A stretch of DNA of 64,000 bases, taken from NCBI GenBank assembly GCA_044892525.1, contig CM097887.1:56296001-56360000 (forward strand), given 5' to 3'. How positions within the stretch are numbered: position 1 is the stretch's first letter; every line of letters starts with the position of its first letter. The stretch comes from Schmidtea polychroa (taxonomy: Eukaryota). Made by a program: the position numbers and the translations under genes. The notes below the pieces were generated by a model. It had not been told where the DNA came from and did no database searches. It saw only the letters and a program-made list of their open reading frames with translations. This document shows, piece after piece, positions 59,371 to 64,000 of the stretch.

Positions 59371-60365
59371 GGTCGGGTTATTGGGTTTTCAGGGAAATTT
59401 AAAAGTTACCAATCAAATATCTGACTCCAAACCGTGCTTTATTTAATCCATAAAAAATAACAATTCTAAGGCAATATAAATCTTTATTGATTATCACAGT
59501 TGATTACACGACTTATAACAACACGATCGATTCATTACTCATGTAGGCAATTATACGAGCTTATTACAACACTACGTGAAGAATAGTTCCCAGTGCATAA
59601 ATCCAAAATACTCTAATAATCACTAATCGCTGATTTCACTCAACAAATGGGTAAATCGGTTTCGATTGTCCTTTTGCTTTGACCTGACTTTATTAGATAT
59701 ACTCTGATTCTTTTATTTCAATTCAAATTTCGTCACACCGTTCAATTAAATTATCTCGATATCGGTTCTCCACAATATCACGTCACTTATTCAAATTAAC
59801 TCTTCTATTACCTTCAACACTTTCAATCCAATTCAAATTCTCCACTTTAATTTTTTAATATCGCGCAATTTTCCTATTCCAATTTTAACACCACTTCACT
59901 TCTGATTTATTTAAGATGACTTTTGCTTTTATAGTTCACCATCGTCCGGCACTCATGATAATTCGTTTTCCCATTCCTGTTGTCATTTTCCATCTTCTTT
60001 TTTCAATCCCATGTTACCCTTGACAGTTCGGGATAATTTGTCATTTTCTCCCATTTCTGCTTCTGCCATTTCCCACACTTTCCCCAGGCCCACGTTACCT
60101 CTGAAAGTTCGAAGATGCCGATTTTGTTTTCATGTTTTATTTTTGTTTTCCAATTTTGGAATTCCTTTTTGTTTTCTTGCACTTATTAATTATATGTGAC
60201 TTTTCTCCGCTTTATTGTTGAATTTCTTTCGTTTTCTTATTACTTCCTCATTTCACAATTTTTTCCTTTCTGTTTTCTTCAAGTTTCAGAAATTATTCGT
60301 ATCGGTTTTCCACCAAGTTGTTCTAATTATTTATAATATTATTTACTATTTAGGTATTCTCAACA
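59371..60365 (-). mobile_element. Solo LTR (family S), diverged copy
   Basis: Shares GGTTATTGGG, GAGCTTAT...CACTACGTGAAGAATAG and the terminal TTTAGGTATTCTCAACA with 8946-9839. Confidence 0.65.
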
Positions 60366-62706
60366 AATTATTGATTATCAGTAGATAACGAGGAGGAGAA
60401 AACCTTATATAAGAATGCTCAAATTTCAGTTAAAAGACCAGCTGGTCGATGGAAAATTAATTCAAGAGATTTTGATATAAGTAGAAAAATAAAAAAAAAT
60501 TGAGAAAAGACAATTATCAAGGGAAACAAAGAGGTCAGATCAATCAGAGATTTAGTATTATAATAAAATTGTTAACTGAACCGAACTATAAACGTACCAG
60601 AGAACCCGACTGTCCGAGGAGTTAACTACCTTATCGTTTGAGAGAAAAGTGCAGATAAGTTTGACAAATTGTGTGATTATTAAGTGTATTCAAATAAAAT
60701 GAATTTATTGTCTTGATTTTTTTATTGATTTATAAAATGAAGTACGAGGAGTCAGATCATATCACCGACTAACCAATGATAACCCAACAAAATACTTTTT
60801 ACAGACGCTAACCTTATTTCTTTTTCTTCCGCAATTTCTTGTTATCTTTGTAAAAACCGTCAGTAAATCTGATTAAGATTCATGATCACTTCACCGATAA
60901 ATTATATATAGGTGCTTGTTCGATTTGTAATAGTTCAATTCATATGATATATGAATGGTTTTTCATAACTTCCTAAAATATCTAAAATATCCCTAGACTC
61001 ATATAGAATCAATAAAATTAAAACAAATAAGACACATATAAAGTTTATGGTTTGTATTTTATTTTCATTAATGATAGAACCAATCTATTCTTTAAAATAA
61101 TTCCAAAATTCAGAAAACATTCGATAAAATTCCAGAACAATCAAAGAAAAATAACATTCCAAAAATCATACACAATTAAACTCGGTACTCACGTCTACAA
61201 TCTAGAAAGAACATGTCTACACACAGAGTCTAGTAATCAGAATTAACCAATTTGTTTTAATATATTAATATTTAATTTCAGTTAGTAGGCGATTTGATGC
61301 AGTGGAGTTTAGTAACCTAATTAGGTAAAGCAAAAAAAAAGTAAAAAAAAAGCGGAGTTCGATCTGAAATTGTGTGAGAATTGTGATTAACCAACAGTGT
61401 GATTAATTGTTGAGAGTTGTGAATTGTTATAAAACAAATATACGTTGGGAGTTTGTATTTATTGATTTTGGAACACGTGGAGTCAGAGTGACCAAAGGTT
61501 GATTTTGATATCATAAAACCCAACACTTGTAAAAACAATAGTTTCCTATTGTATAACATTGGACCAAGTTTCTGATAAATATTGTGAAAAGATAAAACAC
61601 ATTTTAGCCTCTGCATATCCAAATCTAAGCAAGAATCTAAAGAGTAAATATCATCTGGGAAGTAGTCACAAAAATGCTTCGTTTATGCTCTTAACATTGC
61701 AAATGGGTACCTTGAGTGTATTTTGGAATGTTAAAGGAATCTTGAAGATTAATCTTTCCAGTGGTGACATAAACTCAGGGCACTACACCACCTTGATTGT
61801 TGAAGTCAGGCCTATACGACGCGAGCCACGAAATAAGAACCTTTATTTGATCCATGGAAACTTTCAAATTAATTCTTCTTGTCGAAAAAAGAAAGTATTA
61901 GTCAAATGTGGGTTTGTAAAGATGGACCATTTGCTATACAACCTAGATCGTGCATCTAGTAATTTTAGGTTTCTAAATTATGCGAAGAATGATTTTAAAG
62001 ATAAAATATTAGAATCAAAGCATGATTTAAAGGGAAATGTAAATATATTTCTTTCATAGAAGGGACAAGAATTTGCCGAAGCGGCTTTCAAATCAATAGT
62101 AGACTGTAGGAGACAATGCATCAACCTATGCTACCAATGAAATTTTTGAACAAGTTATTCGAGTGTAAATTATGTTGAAAAATAAATCCTACATATCTGT
62201 ATTGTTGATAATAAAGAATTTGTTTCAATTGACATTATTATTTCTATGCAAGTCCAAGGACCCTTTATACCTTAACATGTACTTTGCGAACCTTCTATTG
62301 ACTCAAACTTTACCTGTGGCTTTTGATCTATCTTCACGAATTCTATTTTTTTACCTTGACTATAGATGCTTATTTACCAGCTGACTTCTTTAATCTATAA
62401 TCAACTGAACTTTTTAAAAATTTTAAAAATAAATATAAAGATAAATTTGACTTAAAATTAATGCAAAGGAGAATTAAAAATTTTTGACATTACGAATTTT
62501 TTAATGGTTTTAGAATATCTTTGATTATGATATATATAAAATATATTACTAAATTATCATTTTATTTATATATGCTATTTTTAATTTAAAAAAGAAAAAA
62601 TTTAAATAAATACTGATTCAAATATTAAAAATTATTTTAATATTAACAATATATTGAAGAAATACTATTTTCACTGAGAAATTTAGAGCTTTTTAAAACT
62701 TCTTAA

Positions 62707-63066
62707 ATGTTTAACTCTCTCAGTAAAAGGTTTAAAGTCGAGCAACCTCAACCTAAACCTCAAGATAATCAAGAAATGGAAGGATTTATTTGTCCTATGT
62801 GCATGGCAAAATTTTCGTCACCAGATTTGGTTCAAAAACATTTTGATGATACTCATAATGATATAGATGTTAAAGAAAATGATAAATCTATTAAACCTAA
62901 TATTTTATCTCCTGCAACTGAACGCAAAGAAAGTATTCAAAATATACAGGAAAATTTTAATGACCTTAAACAATCATTGGATGAAGAAATATGGTTTAAT
63001 AAAGAATTACAGAAAGAATGTGAAAGATTGAATAAATTATTACTGGAAAAGGAAGAAGAAAAGAAT
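62707..63066 (+). CDS. EEA1: Early endosome antigen 1-like, first coding exon
   Basis: EGFICPMCMAKFSSPDLVQKHFDDTH (C2H2 finger) followed by DLKQSLDEEIWFNKELQKE, matching the EEA1 N-terminus (EGFICPQC... and DLQASLKEEKWYSEELKKE). Probable GT donor at about 63067. Confidence 0.75.
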
Positions 63067-64000
63067 GTTAGTTTATTTTTATATTTATTTATGTATTGAA
63101 ATTATAAGATTATTTTTATATTTTAAATCTAAGATTTCCAATATTGGATATTTTAAATAATTACAAAATTTCTAACATGTGATTTATCCTGGTTATATAT
63201 CATAAAAATCCAGATAAGATTGAAAGCTGGAAATAAAGCCGACATATAATTATTATTATCATTATTATTTTTTATAGATGTATGGATTTCGGGGCTTGAA
63301 ATTCCCTAGGAATACCCAAAGGGGATGGAGGGGGTTTTGGCTTCCCCAATGAGCGAAGCTACATACTGACTTATTAGTCCATTTCTTATTGCTAATTGTA
63401 TATGTTGGATTTGAAATACACGTAAGACAATGTCAACTAAATATTCTTTGTTTTCCATTATTGATTCTCTGTGTATCAATGTCTCATAATGTCCATTCAT
63501 TTTCGCGGTTATCTTTAATGAAATCTCTAGTGGGAGTCGTTATATAGTTTTCCCGACTCCACAGAACTGTAATCAATACCAATGAAATATGCGAATCAAC
63601 TAAATAATAAGTATTATGAAGAAAAACGATGTCAGAAGTGAAATTAGACCTCTTGACAAGCGTATGAATGCAAACAAATATCTGTCTAAACCAGAAACTG
63701 TAACTCTACTTAGTACCATGTACTCCTGAGTTCTTTTCTAGCAGTTAATTTCTGTAGAAAGCTTGTTAGTAGGTAGTTAGTAGGCCACAGCAGCACGAAC
63801 AACAGATATTTTGAAAAACACCGAGACATTAAGGTAATAATTTTAAATTAAGTAAATTAAACTAAATTATTATAAGAACTTTTTTCAATTTTCACCACTG
63901 ATATGACATTGAATTTATTAAAAAGCTTTTTGATATCTTTAATGATTCATAGCCAAGTTTTTATAATAAATACAATGTAAAGTAAATTAATGTAAAATTT

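Noticed and set aside
60600-62400. Decayed coding-like region including + ORF 61559-62059
   Set aside because: Fragments hint at a minus-strand transposase relic, but I found no diagnostic motif in any frame.

Overview
AT-rich, gap-riddled eukaryotic (metazoan) genomic window, mostly nested transposable elements. There are four recognisable host genes: PRPS, a TALE homeobox gene, a TMEM126-family gene and the 5' exon of EEA1. PRPS and TMEM126 show 41-58 nt introns; the small introns and AT content suggest a compact invertebrate genome, which is inference only. Two things stand out. (1) An unusual Gypsy/Ty3 LTR retroelement spans 39282-57456, about 14 kb net of a nested insertion. Its interrupted reading frame runs gag(CCHC) - ubiquitin-like domain - AT-hook - Bcl-2-like domain (BH3/BH1/BH2) - gB/chuvirus-G-like envelope - PR - RT - RNase H - IN - FN3-like type I membrane protein. 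It is followed by an unknown ORF, a REXO4/ISG20-like exonuclease relic and an acidic ORF that runs into the 3' LTR. (2) A three-copy element family (about 2.6-6.7 kb, 40.4-44.1 kb and 57.7-59.2 kb) has an LTR-like promoter unit, small unknown ORFs in two copies, and a conserved three-hairpin RNA whose stems covary fully between copies; I cannot assign this RNA to any family I know. Also present: hAT, hATm-like, pogo/Tigger, Tc1/mariner, Merlin and piggyBac-like remnants, a Penelope-like RT with a hammerhead ribozyme, a second degenerate Gypsy, a BEL/Pao gag relic and four solo LTRs. All domain calls are by eye from motifs; no searches were run.
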